From Octopus vulgaris (lineage: Eukaryota): DNA of 64,000 bases. A program made the translations under genes and the position numbers. Below, piece after piece: positions 12,748 through 25,150 of the stretch. Position 1 is the stretch's first letter, and every line of letters starts with the position of its first letter. Location of the stretch: the NCBI GenBank assembly GCA_951406725.2, contig OX597833.1:19220001-19284000 (forward strand), read 5' to 3'. The notes beneath the pieces are model-generated. The model worked only from the letters and a program-made list of their open reading frames with translations. It was not told where the DNA came from and searched no databases.

Positions 12748-13799
12748 TGGCTTCAAATTTTGACACAAGGGCAAATAATAATGATGAAGATGGTAACAAT
12801 AATAGTCACTGATAAAAATATATCTGTAAAGGAATTTGACAAATTAAGTAAATATATGGACCTGAAAGTTGAAACAAAAGATGTGGCATCTTAAAACGAG
12901 AACTGTTCCTGTAATTGTGAGTGCCCTAGGTATGATAAGAAAGGGATGTCAAAAACATCTAGATAGTATCCCAGGAGAACTATGTCTCAGAGAAATCCAA
13001 AAGATTGTGCTATCAAGTACTGTCCACATCCTTAGAAAAACTCTATCAATTTAAATGTCTTAATTTATGAACCCCGAAAGGATGAAAGGAAAAGTCGACC
13101 TTGGCAGAATTTGAACTCAGAACGTAGCGACGGGCAAAATAAGCTAAGCATTTCGTCAAGCATGCTAACGAACATGCCAGCTCGCTGCCTTAAAATAATA
13201 ATAATGATGATGATGATGATGATGACGATGACGATGATGATAATGATAATAATAATAATAATAATAATAATGATGATGATAATGATGATAATCGTTTCTT
13301 TATTGCTGCTGCTGTGCTCTTACTGTTACTGTTGAGCGAATGGTCTTCATCCCAGAGCTTGCAAGATGGGAGAAGTCTGAAACGTGGTCCTTTGCTATTC
13401 GTAAGACCTGCAGAAGAGAAAGCAGGTCAACCCCCAACACCGAGAGCATCGGCGGATGGATGAATGCGCATCCAGGCTCAGCGGTTACGTAGGAAGTCAG
13501 GGACAAGAAACAGGAAGAAAGAGTGAAAGAAAGTTGGAGCGAAAGAGTACAACAGGGGTCGCCACCACCCCCTACTGGAGCCTCGTGGAGCTTTAGGTGT
13601 TTTCGCTCAATAAACACACACAACGCCCGGTCTGAGAATTGAAACCGCAATCCTCCTACCTCAAGTCCGCTGCCCTAACCATTGGGCCATTGCGCCTCCA
13701 CTTGTTGTTGCTGCTGCTGCTGTTGTTGTTACTGTTGTTGTTGTAGTTGTTTTTGTTGTTATTGTGGTGGTGGTGGTACGTGCAAAAGTGAGGGAGGAC

Positions 13800-14465
13800 T
13801 CCCTTCTCTCTTTTGTTGTGAGCAAAAGGTATTTAGATGATTTGTGTCCCCACACAGGTTAATTTATGATGTCCGGAATCGTTTCTAAACTTATCCAGCT
13901 CTAAGCCTTGCCCCAGTCAGTTTTGTTTACGCAGTTTCCGTGCCTGTAGAATGTTTGTTCTGTCCTCTCTGTCCAGGAGGACAGCTGCTACCAACCAGCA
14001 GATGTCTGTTTCTGGTGGTACGTCTCGAAGTTTTTACAACTCTATGACCCAGATATATGGATACCGGAAAAAAGTTCTCATATTTAGGGTCAAAGTGGAG
14101 TGCTTCCTTGCTTCCTCCTCTGGTAAACCTCACCTCTACAGTGCCATATTTCTTCTCTCTTGCGACAGGTTTTAGTGTCCCTACACTGGACGTAGACATT
14201 TTTCGATTTGTTGTTGTGTTGCTCGTTCTAATCTACGGCTTTTAACTCCTATTGTTTTATAAGTTATTGTTTCTCAGTAGTCCTGCACAATGGCTTCAGG
14301 TGTGCTAAGAGTTACCCTTCTTCCATTTCTTTTTAACATGGATTTTGCATTTCTTAAATCAGCTGTCGACAGATTTATGTGTTCTTGTGTTTGCCAGACT
14401 GCAGATACAACGAACCCGTTAGGTCAAGATTTGTCTTTTTTGTCAGTTTCCGCTACTGTGTTGGC
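13800..14465 (-). other. Decayed coding-like segment, possibly LINE ORF1 remnant
   Basis: Frameshifted protein-like pieces KPVAREKKYGTVEVRF...IYLGHRVVK...DVPPETDICWLVAAVL. Family not recognised with certainty. Confidence 0.3.
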
Positions 14466-14579
14466 ATTAACGGCGGTAGTGGTGGCGGTGGTGGCTGAAT
14501 ATGCACGTGCTATGTGTAAAAAAAAGTTCTTTTTTATGTATCCTGATTTTCCTGGTCATTGTTGTATTGGTTGACATTT

Positions 14580-14705
14580 GCGGTGGTGACGGTGACGGTG
14601 GCGGCGGTGATGGTGACGGCGGTGACGGTGACGGCGACGGTGGCGGCGGTGGTGGTGGTGAAGGTGACGGTGGCGGCGGTGACGGTGACATTGACGGTGG
14701 TGACA
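14580..14705. repeat. (GGT/GGC/GAC)n degenerate trinucleotide repeat
   Basis: Direct reading. Source of the spurious Gly/Asp, Pro/Ser and His/Arg ORFs. Confidence 0.9.
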
Positions 14706-14984
14706 CTCAGTTTTACGATTTGGCAGATGTGCGGATGACTGGCCGTCCTTTTCAACAGGCGAACAATTCTTGTTTGCCATCTTCTTTTAAGCAAAAATTG
14801 AGGGGTGTATTAGCTTAAACAAACGCTTAGGGGCTGCAGATGGAGAAAAACTAACCACCTCCCTAAGGTCCTCGTTAGAGTATCTATGTAACAGTGATAA
14901 ATCTACACTATATAACAATGTTTAACAATATAAATAACAACAAAGTTATGAGAGTGATGTGCAATACATGTCAAAAACGATCAA

Positions 14985-15395
14985 GAAGGAGTGGTTGTGT
15001 GGTAAGTGGCTTGCTAACCAACCACATGGTTCCGGCCTCAGTCCCACTGCGTGGCATCTTGGGCAAGTGTCTTCTGCTATAGCCCCGGGCCGACCAATGC
15101 CTTGTGAGTGGATTTGGTAGACGGAAACTGAAAGAAGCCTGTCGTATATATATATATATACATATATATGTATGTGTGTGTGTGTTTGTGTGTCTGTGTT
15201 TGTCCCCCTAGCATTGCTTGACAACCGATGCTGGTGTGTTTACGTCCCCGTAACTTAGCGGTTCGGCAAAAGACTGGTAGAATAAGTACTGGGCTTACAA
15301 AGAATAAGTCCCGGGGTCGATTTGCTCGACTAAAGGCGGTGCTCCAGCATGGCCGCAGTCAAATGACTGAAACAAGTAAAAGAGTAAAGAGTAAG
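14985..15395 (+). mobile_element. SINE family B
   Basis: Same head, body and tail as 7149-7548. Confidence 0.9.
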
Positions 15396-15439
15396 AGTAA
15401 GAAGACAAAGAATTTTAAACAATACAAAGTCATTACCCT

Positions 15440-15715
15440 CATAGATGACACTTGGACGGGCAGTACTTTATCTGAAGGATGCACCAAAAGGGAAAGCTAC
15501 TGACAATTTCTGCCCTACTTCTTGCCTTCCTATTCTTTGCAAGTTATTCACAAGTATTTTATCAGAAAGCATGTGTTTCTTCTTGGAAAATGAAAACATA
15601 CTTCCAGACGAACAAAAAGGTTGCAAACAAAGAAATGTAGGTACGAAGGATCAACTCTTGTTTGATAAAGCCATTCCCAAAGATTGCAAAAGAAGACACA
15701 ACAACCTTTCAATGG
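15440..15715 (+). mobile_element. R4/Dong-like reverse transcriptase fragment
   Basis: [14 protein letters not shown]....NFCPTSCLP...[10 protein letters not shown]....[18 protein letters not shown]. Confidence 0.8.
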
Positions 15716-15729
15716 TATAATAATCGCAT

Positions 15730-15960
15730 GGCGGCGAGCTGGCAGAAACGTTATCACGCCGGGCGAAATGCGTAGCCGTATTTCGTCTGCCGTTACGTTC
15801 TGAGTTCAAATTCCGCCATGGTCGACTTTGCCTTTCATTCTTTCGGGGTCGATAAATTAAGTACCAGTTACGAACTGGGGTCGATGTGATCGACTTAACC
15901 AGTTTGACTGTCCTTGTTTGTCCCCTCTAAGTTTAGCCCCTTGTGGGTAGTAAAGAAATA
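15730..15960 (+). mobile_element. SINE family A, full length with TSD
   Basis: GGCGGCGAGCTGGCAGAAACG... flanked by duplicated GGTATAATAATCGCATGG. Confidence 0.9.
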
Positions 15961-16149
15961 GGTATAATAATCGCATGGGGCTAATTCAGAAAACCTATTC
16001 GCATAGATCCCCGGCTTATCTGAGACATCAAAATACAAGTACCTTCAACTAGTTCTTACCACAACCCCACAACTGTGTAGGCCCATTTAACCACACAAAT
16101 TTGGCCCCTCTCAGCAATCTTTCATAAATTAATGGACAGCGGCACTTAC

Positions 16150-16515
16150 GCTTTTTTCCTCACTTTCAGTTGTAACATGAAACAGTTGACGAGGGCTTAA
16201 TCGAAGAGAAAAGTGTTTGTCTCAAGTTCTTTCAAACTTGTTTAATACATCCTCTTTCGCCATAGTCTCCACACAACGTAAGACTACCCACTTTTTCTTG
16301 CCAAAGGGAAGTGGTAAGTCGATGTACTCGATAGGCTCAGTTGTTAGCATGTGATAGCGACTGTCTGACATAAATCTCCAAATTCAGCACTGACATTGAA
16401 CTAGTCCAGTTGCACATGACTCCAACATAGCCATGTTTGTAGAGTTTATTCTGAATAGACCAAAGCACCCTGTTCCACTGACAGGCCAAGTACTTTTGAA
16501 AATTGTCCATCATTC
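16150..16515 (-). other. Exon-like segment of the host gene carrying three in-frame TGA codons
   Basis: Acceptor ATTATTTCAG|, donor GC|GTAAGT. 366 nt, phase 0 to 0. 122 codons with TGA at 16512-10, 16386-84 and 16224-22, and no TAA or TAG in that frame. Confidence 0.6.
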
Positions 16516-16691
16516 CTGAAATAATGATAATAATAATAATAGAGCCTAAATACTGCTGCTATTAAACTGACCATTCATCTTTGCTGGGTCGATACAAAGT
16601 ACCAGTCAAGTACTGACCTTAGTGTCTAAAGCTTTGAAGTTATTTAAAGCATCTTAGCTGGTAATGATTATAATATAATGGAATAACTAAC

Positions 16692-16870
16692 CTGTTTATC
16701 AGAACACCAAGTTTGGTTTATGTAAATATTCTTAAATTGTAAAGTGTTGTTTCCATGATAGCAAAACATCGATTCCTGACTAAATGATGTAGATTTCCAG
16801 AACAGTACGTCTTCATCTGTTAATATATTTACTTTCCTAGGCCACAATACAGGAAATTTCAGCAGGCACA
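16692..16870 (-). CDS. Host gene exon (CLLKFPVLWPRKV...QTWCSDKQ)
   Basis: Acceptor TTGATCTTATAG|, donor CAG|GTTAGT. 179 nt, phase 1 to 0. Only this frame is open. Confidence 0.7.
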
Positions 16871-18339
16871 CTATAAGATCAATAACCAGAACATTCGTGT
16901 AATGAAAATATATTTTAAATAAAAGAACCTTAAAAGTATTTTTTTAATAAAAGAGCTATTAAATATATTTTTTAAATAAAAGAGCCATAAAAATATATTT
17001 CAAATAAAAGAGATTTAAATAAATTTTAAATGGCTAGAAGTATATTGAGTTCTTCATAACCAGCTGATCTAGCAAGCGGGGCCTCATATCAGTGAGGGGG
17101 GCCGGTGCGCATTGATGCCGTTGAGAGGTAGGCCCCGAAACGGCGCGCATTCTCTCCTGATAACCCCATACACTTGCTAGCTTCCGATATACGGAGCTTT
17201 TAACTGGCAGCACTTGCATGTGCAAGTTGTTTGCAAGACATATTTACATAAAAGAGCTTTTAAAAAGTAAAGGAATGCATGGGTAAGCTTCATGGATTCC
17301 TTAAGTTTAAACATTATTGCTTGCAATTGGTTACAATATCTGTCGGCTTGATGCAAATTTTTCAATTATACTTTCAAGGACGTTTTTTTTTCTGTATGTC
17401 ATCAATTTAAGTGTTACTAAGTTAAAAATACATTGTTATTACTGCTGTTTAGGATCAGATCTGCTCTCATAGAACTTATACTAAATTAATTCCAGTTTAC
17501 CATGCCTCAGTACACACCAGCAAATGCGTTGCTTGCTGTTTTCTGTATAGAGAGAAAAAATCCCGGCCTAGCTCAAGATAACCGATGAGATGCTTGCCAC
17601 TGGAGAGACAAAATGATGTCGAAACACCGTATCTAATAGTCTGCTGAATTCATTTGTAGTGCAGTTCTGTTTGATGTATATTTACACATAATATTTCTAC
17701 AGGGTTTTTTTTTTTCTCCGAATCAAAAACTTTCAGCGTATGCCTCTCACGCTCTAATGAGCAGAAACTTGTTAAGAATAAATGCACACACCTTTATGTT
17801 AACCTTGCTGCTTCGAATGCTTGTACTAAATATTGTCGGATGTATATTTAAACGATTATACTCCAGTCAATCTACTTTCAGTAATATAGGAATGAGGAAA
17901 ACAACAAAAATTCTGAGTCATCTTTGGAGCTGAAATAAATGTACTCCTGACTTCAGTATAATGTGCAACATCCTTGGAAGATGCAGGCCATACAGAAATG
18001 GGGCCAAATTTACGGGTTATTCATAACTCAGAAGATTTTCTGGCCCTCAAAATCCTTAATAAATCAGCAAACTTTAAATTCCAGATCTGCGACTTCACTT
18101 AATGTCGCCACTCTGACAAATACTTCCTGAAACACAGGAAGATACCACCACTTTGTATACAAAGTGTGTGCAACAAGAGCTGAGCATGAAACTAATTTAT
18201 AATGTATTGTTACAAACACATTGCATCATTTTATATTTTATTCTTGTATTGAGTAATATAATTTTTTCGTGTAAATACCTATGGCTTAACTAATAAATAA
18301 ATACATACATACATACATACAGACAGACAGACAGACAAA

Positions 18340-18615
18340 CAGACTGATAAATAGATTTGGTAGACGGAAATTGAAAGAAGCTCGTCATGTATGTGTGTGT
18401 GTGTGTGTGTGTGTGTCTCATTGTATCTGTATGTTTGCGTGTCTCCCTTACTACTGCTTGACAACCGGTTGGTGTGCCCCGTAACATAGCGGTTCGGCAA
18501 AAGAGACCGATACAATAATTACTAGGATTTAAAAAACAGTCCTGGGGTAGATTTCTTCCACTAAAACCCTTCAAGGGGTGTCCCAGCATGGCTTCAGTCA
18601 AATGACTGAAACAAG
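18340..18615 (+). mobile_element. SINE family B, 3' part (diverged)
   Basis: GATTTGGTAGACGGAAA...CAGTCAAATGACTGAAACAAG. Confidence 0.8.
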
Positions 18616-18630
18616 ATAAATGACAGATAG

Positions 18631-18705
<75 letters not shown>

Positions 18706-18923
18706 TGGATGGATGGATGGATGCTGATATTCTACAAAGCTCGAGTGAGAACTACAGTTCAGTATTGCTCTCACTTCTTGGACAGTGCTGCAGCCACGCA
18801 CACCGACATGCTAGAGAACAGCCAAAATAAAGGATCACTCGAATGATTGGCAGTCACTCACTGACAAACACTATTCTGTCTTTGACTCACAGGCGTGCTG
18901 TCTCCTCTCTGTCTCTGCCATTT

Positions 18924-19455
18924 CATCATCATCATCATCATTGTCATCGTTTAACGTCCGCTTTCCATGCTAGCATGGGTTGGACGGTTCAACTGGGGTC
19001 TGGGAAGCCAGAAGGCTGCACCAGGCCCAGTCTGATCTGGCAGAGTTTCTACAGCTGGATGCCCTTCCTAACACCAACCACTCCGTGAGTGTAGTGGGTG
19101 CTTTTTACGTGCCAGACGAGGCTGGCAAACGGCCACGATCAGATGGTGCTTTTTACGTGTCACCGGCACGGGGGCCAGGTGAGGCTGGCAACGGCCACGA
19201 ACAGATGGTGCTTTTTACGTGCCACCGGCACGAGGCCAGTCGGGGCGGCGCTGGCAACGGCCACGTTCGGATGGTTCTCTTACGTGGCACCGGCACTGGT
19301 ATCACAGCTGCAATTTCCATTCATGTTGATCGATTTCGATTCTCACTTGCCTCAACAGGTCTTCACAAGTAGAGTTTTGTGTCCCAAGAAGGAAAGGTAT
19401 GCATAAGTGGATTGGCTACATCCCATGTAGAGGCCACGAGTTATGATCTCACTTG
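18924..19455 (-). mobile_element. 3' UTR fragment of the RTE LINE family
   Basis: Reverse complement of about 24100-24690, ending in (TGA)n. Confidence 0.85.
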
Positions 19456-19780
19456 TCTATAATAGGTTCTTTTCTTCGGAACTGACTAGTTTCATGGCTG
19501 TTACAAGTACGTTCCTTCCACCCACTCACCTCTCAACTTCTTGTCCTTCTTGCTGCGTTTAAGACCTTCGGCCCTGCACAAATCAGTTTCTGCATTCCAA
19601 GCTACACTGGTCTCATAGATCATGTTCCACACTCAGCAAGTAACGAGTGTGTGCATCATAATTGCGAGGATGATCCGGTTCTTGACTGAAGATTAGGGGC
19701 TTCGAATGACCCGTCCGTGTTTTTTGTATCGTCTATTTGAATGTTTTACGTTCTTGTCCCATTTTGTATATATATATATA

Positions 19781-19820
<40 letters not shown>

Positions 19821-19822
<2 letters not shown>

Positions 19823-20741
19823 TTATCGTTAACCCCACTCGCTTCAAAATATCTAAAGAATACGCACAGATCATGAATGGCTAAAAGTTAAGTGAATCGT
19901 TCAACCTCGCTACGACTACCTTCTTTCTTGCACTTATCCTTACTCTTTCTCTATTCTTCAATTTCCATCTCATTGTATTGTCCCTCATTCTTTCAGTATT
20001 CCCTCATTACCCTGTCTAGCTCAAACATTTTTTTCGTTTAGACTTGTCTCCAGGTTCATAGCCACTCTGATTTTTCAATTTTTCAATTTTTCGTTTAGTA
20101 TTGTCTCCCGATTCATACTAACCCATTTGCTAGCTCACGATTAACAGAACCTCTTTACTCAGCTACGGTGTTATATTAGCTATCAATAATGATATTCCCT
20201 CTGATTTTTCTGATTTTCAAACCTATTTATCTAATGTTTATTTATCGACAATGCCGTCCCCAGTCAAATTCCCTCACACCGCTTATTGTCACGTGTCCCT
20301 TGACCTCTCTCTCTAACTAACCCTATCTCTCTCTCGCTATGTTCCCCCCTTCCCATAACCATCATCGCCATACATAAAAGAGCGATCGCATTTATCGTTA
20401 ACCCCACTCGCTTCAAAATATCTAAAGAATACGCACAGATCATGAATGGCTAAAAGTTAAGTGAATCGTTCAACCTCGCTACGACTACCTTCTTTCTTGC
20501 ACTTATCCTTACTCTTTCTCTATTCTTCAATTTCCATCTCATTGTATTGTCCCTCATTCTTTCAGTATTCCCTCATTACCCTGTCTAGCTCAAACATTTT
20601 TTTTTCGTTTAGACTTGTCTCCAGGTTCATAGCCACTCTGATTTTTCAATTTTTCAATTTTTCGTTTAGTATTGTCTCCCGATTCATACTAACCCATTTG
20701 CTAGCTCACGATTAACAGAACCTCTTTACTCAGCTACGGTG
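19821..20741. repeat. Terminally redundant unit: about 350-bp direct repeat (19821-20170 / 20390-20741), period about 569
   Basis: Near-identical copies. Abuts (TA)n on the left and the RTE on the right. Confidence 0.9.
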
Positions 20742-23700
20742 CACCCGCCCTCCCACCCCCACCCCCACCACGCATGCCGGAAGTTCCTATTCTCTTCCAT
20801 TCCGGGGTTGCTTCCCATGAAGACTGCAAATGCTCTCACCATCCCTACCCCTAGTCTCGACCTATGTAAGGTAATGTTCATACAGTGCAAAATATGAAAG
20901 GCTAGCGTTATGCAGGTTGTACTGAAGGCTACTTTACTACTTCATTTTTTGCACATGAATTCTGCCAAATGCGAGCTTTCTTTTCAGGTACACGAAGCTA
21001 CTGTCCACCGTCCCAGGGTCTCTAGAGCCCATGCCTTCCACACCCTCAGGGTTGGCACCCTCAACGTTGGCACTCTGAAAGGTAGGTCTGGTGAGATAGT
21101 CGAGATGCTTGAACGGAGATGTGTGGATATATGTTGCATGCAAGAAATAAGGTGGAGAGGAGGATCAGCTAGGTTCCTCACAGGCAAGGAACGCAGGTAC
21201 AAGATTTTCTGGGCAGGGAATACTGACGGGGTTGGTGGCGTGGGTATACTTATCGCTGAGAAATGGGTAGATAAAGTAATTGAGGTAATCAGAGTAAGTG
21301 ACAGAATACTTAAGATTAGATTAGTGCTTCATCATAGTTTAGCAACCATTATATCAGCCTATGCTCCTCAGTCGGGGCTACCCGATGGACAGAAAGACCG
21401 ATTCTATGACACTCTACTGCAGACTACCTCATTGACGAACGACAGAGACCTTATCTTTGTGGCTGGTGACTTCAATGGTCACGTTGGACGACATGCTGGG
21501 GGCTTCCATGGCGTACATGGAGGCTACGGCTATGGCTCCCGCAACGAGGAGGGAACCAGGCTGCTGGAGTTCTGCGATGCAAATAATCTTATGATTTGCA
21601 ACACTAACTTCAGGAAACCTACCAGCCACCTAGTCACTTACCAATCGGGCCAACATACCAGCCAAATTGACTACATCCTTACAAGGCAAAGGGAGAGATG
21701 GCTGCTTATAAATGCCAAAACCTTCCCAGGTGAAGAATGTACCCCACAACATAGACTGGTAGTTAGTGACTTTAGGATCAGGACTAGGAGGACAACCAGA
21801 AGACGACAAATATGGAGAAGAAGGATCTGGAAGCTTAAAGATCCTGCAAATGGACAGAGATTTAGGGACATATTACTTGAAGCCTCTGACGAAGTAGAAG
21901 GGGATAGAGCATCACAGGGGGTAGAAGACAGCTGGACGTTTCTAAGGGACAACCTGCTGAGAGCCACTGACCAGATCTGTGGCTGGTGCAAAGTCCCCTC
22001 TCGACCTAGAATAACGTGGTGGTGGAACAATATTGTAGACAGGGCTATTAGAGAAAAGAGACAGGCTTGGAAGGTCTGGAAAAATGGGGGTAGCAGGGAA
22101 TTGTATCAGACTGCCAAAAGAGAAGCTAGGAGACAGGTTTATTTAGCCAGAGGGGAAGCAGATAAGAAAAAATTTGCCAATGTTCTGCGCCGTGAGGACC
22201 AAAGACTGGAGGTGTTTCGTGTTGCAAGACAGTGTGTGAGAGAGAATCGTGATGTGGTAGGAGAGAAGTGTGTTCGCATGGAAGATGGTTCACTTGCGCT
22301 AAATGAGGATGCAAAGAGAGAGGTTTGGAGATGCCACTATGAAAGGTTGCTGAATGAAGAAAATGAATGGGATAAAGAGAGTCTGCCGAATGTTGACCCA
22401 ACAGAGGGACCAGCTATCCGAGTTGATAGTTCTGTGGTAGCTAAGGCAATTTAGAAGCATGAAGACAGGGAAAGCCCCAGGCCCATCAGGAATCACTGCA
22501 GAGATGCTCAAAATGTCTGGTAGTGTCGGCTATAGCCTAGTCACCCATATAGTTAATCAGGTGATACACAAAGGGGTCATACCCAATGACTGGTGTAGCA
22601 GTATAATAGTCAACTGCTACAAAGGTAAAGGTGATGCCCTAGATACAAACAACTACAGAGGTATCAAGCTGTTGGACCAGGTGATGAAGGTTACGGAGAG
22701 GGTCATAGCCCAACTAATTAGAGAGAGAGTTAGTTTAGATGAGATGCAGTTTGGGTTTGTGCCAGGGAAAAGTACTACTGATGCTATATTCCTGGTAAGG
22801 CAGCTGCAGGAGAAATACCTAGCCAAAGATAAGCCCCTGTACCTGGCTTTTGTTGACATGGAGAAAGCCTTCGACAGGGTCCCCCGATCCCTTATCTGGT
22901 GGGCAATGAGAAAACTAGGGATAGATGAATGGTTAGTGAGAGCTGTGCGGGCCATGTATAGGGACGCCGCTAGTAGGGTGAGGGTTGGAAATGAGTACAG
23001 TGAAGAATTCCGGGTAGAGGTAGGGGTCCACCAAGGCTCAGTACTCAGCCCCCTCCTATTTATCATAGTCCTCCAGGCAATAACGGAGGAATTCAAGACA
23101 GGATGCCCTTGGGAGCTCCTCTATGCTGATGACCTTGCTCTAATTGCTGAGTCGCTATCAGAACTGGAGGAGAAGTTTCAGGTGTGGAAACAAGGATTAG
23201 AATCGAAGGGCCTCAGAGTCAATCTAGCTAAAACCAAAGTCGTAATCAGTAGGAAGGTAGACAAATCACAAACACCTTCAGGTAGATGGCCCTGCTCGAT
23301 CTGTAGAAAAGGTGTAGGTAGAAACTCTATAAGATGCACCAAGTGTAAGCTATGGACACATAAGAGATGCAGCAATGTCAAAGGAAGGCTAACTAGGAAG
23401 ATGGTTTTTGTATGTGGCAGATGCTCAGGAACAATAAACACTGAAAATGCTCTGAGACCAACTTCTGTCACTTTCCAGGGAGAAAAACTAGAAATAGTTG
23501 ATAGTTTCCGTTACCTAGGTGACCAAGTCAGCAGCGGGGGCGGGTGTGCTGAAAGTGTAACTGCTAGAGTAAGAATAGCTTGGGCAAAGTTCAGAGAGCT
23601 CTTACCTCTGCTGGTGACAAAAGGCCTCTCGCACAGAGTGAAAGGCAGACTGTATGATGCGTGTGTACGAACAGCCATGCTACATGGCAGTGAAACATGG

Positions 23701-24690
23701 GCCGTGACTGCTGAGGATATGCGTAAGCTCGCTAGAAATGAAGCCAGTATGCTCCGATGGATGTGTAATGCCAGTACTCACACTCGGCAGAGTGTAAGTA
23801 CCTTGAGAGAAAAGCTGGACCTAAGAAGCATCAGTTGTGGTGTGCAAGAGAGACGTTTGCGCTGGTATGGTCATGTGGCGAGAATGGATGAAGATAGTTG
23901 TGTGAAAAAGTGCCACACCCTAGCGGTTGAGGGAACCTGTGGAAGAGGCAGACCCAGGAAAACCTGGGACGAGGTGGTGAAGCACGACCTTCGAACTTTA
24001 GGTCTCACCGAGGAAATGACTAGAGACCGAGACCTCTGGAAGTGTGCTGTGCGCGAGAAGACCCGGCAGGACAAGTGAGTCCACAACCCGTGGCCTTCTA
24101 CATGGGATGGAGCCAGCCTACGTATGCATACCTTCCCTTCTTGGGACACAAAACTCTACTTGTGAAGACGTGTTGAGGCAAGTGAGGATCAGAATCGAAA
24201 TCGATCAATGGAAATTGCGGATGTGCTACCAGTGCCGGTGGCATGTCGAAACTCTGCTTGTGAAGACCCATTGAGGCAAGTGAGGATCAGAATCGAAATC
24301 GATCAATGGAAATCGATCAATGGAAATTGCAGATGTGTTACCAGTGCCGGTGGCATGTAAGAGAACCTTCCGTTTCGCGACCGTTGCCAGCACCGCCCCG
24401 TTTCGTGTTCGTTGCCAGCCTCGCCTGGCCCTCGTGCCGGTGGCACATAAAAAACACCATCCGTTCGTGGCCGTTTGCCAGCTCTGGCTGGCACCAGTGC
24501 GGGTGGCACGTAAAAAGCACCCACTACACTCACGGAGTGGTTGGCGTTAGGAAGGGCATCCAGCCGTAGAAACACTGCCAGATTTGACTGGGCCTGATGA
24601 AGCCTTCTGGCTTCACAGACCCCAGCAGAACCGTCCAACCCATGCTAGCATGGAAAACGGACGCTAAATGATGATGATGATGATGATGAT
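20742..24690 (+). mobile_element. Near-intact RTE-clade LINE (APE endonuclease plus RT)
   Basis: GTLNV..L, MQEIRW, SAYAPQ, AGDFNGHVG and SQIDYIL (APE). NYRGIKLL, QFGFVPG, FVDMEKAFDRV, GVHQGSVLSPLLF, LLYADD and RGRPRKTW (RT and C-terminus). (TGA)n tail. 5' boundary uncertain. Confidence 0.95.
20910..24078 (+). pseudogene. RTE polyprotein ORF split by one apparent +1 frameshift at about 22450-22452
   Basis: ORFs 20910-22454 and 22459-24078 join as ...AKAIRSMKTGKAPGP if one T of GCAATTTAGAAGC is removed. Confidence 0.85.
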
Positions 24691-24736
24691 ATATATATAT
24701 ACATACATACATACACATAAATATATATACATATAT

Positions 24737-25150
24737 AGGCGCAGGAGTGGCTGTGTGGTAAGTTGCTTGCTAACCAACCACATGGTTCCGGGTTCAGTCC
24801 CACTGCGTGGCATCTTGGGCAAGTGTCTTCTGCTATAGCCCCGGGCTAACCAATGCCTTGTGAGTGGATTTGGTAGACGGAAACTGAAAGAAGCCTGTCG
24901 TATATATGTATATATATATGTGTGTGTATGTGTTTGTGTGTCTGTGTTTGTCCCCCTAGAATTACTTGACAACCGATGCTGGTGTGTTTACGTCCCCGTC
25001 ACTTAGCGGTTCGGCAAAAGAGACCGATAGAATGAGTACTGGGCTTACAAAGTATAAGTACCAGGGTCGATTTTCTCGACTAAAGGCGGTGCTCCAGCAT
25101 GGCCTCAGTCAAATGACTGAAACAAGTAAAAGAGTAAAAGAGAGTAAAAG
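24737..25150 (+). mobile_element. SINE family B
   Basis: Full head-to-tail match to the other copies. Confidence 0.9.

Larger units (their letters stand above)
10720..14323. repeat. Tandem duplication of about 1.8 kb (copy 1 about 10720-12522, copy 2 about 12523-14323)
   Basis: The copies look identical except one TAA unit and one A in a homopolymer. Each contains SINE A pieces, (TAA)n, an R4/Dong C-terminal fragment and a SINE C. Confidence 0.95.

Noticed and set aside
14467-14818. Gly/Asp-, Pro- and His/Arg-rich ORFs
   Set aside because: Open in several frames because of a trinucleotide repeat. No convincing splice context.
20254-20280. Resemblance to a reverse-strand 28S rRNA segment (CCCCAGTCAAA)
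   Set aside because: Very short imperfect match that does not extend. Chance is sufficient.
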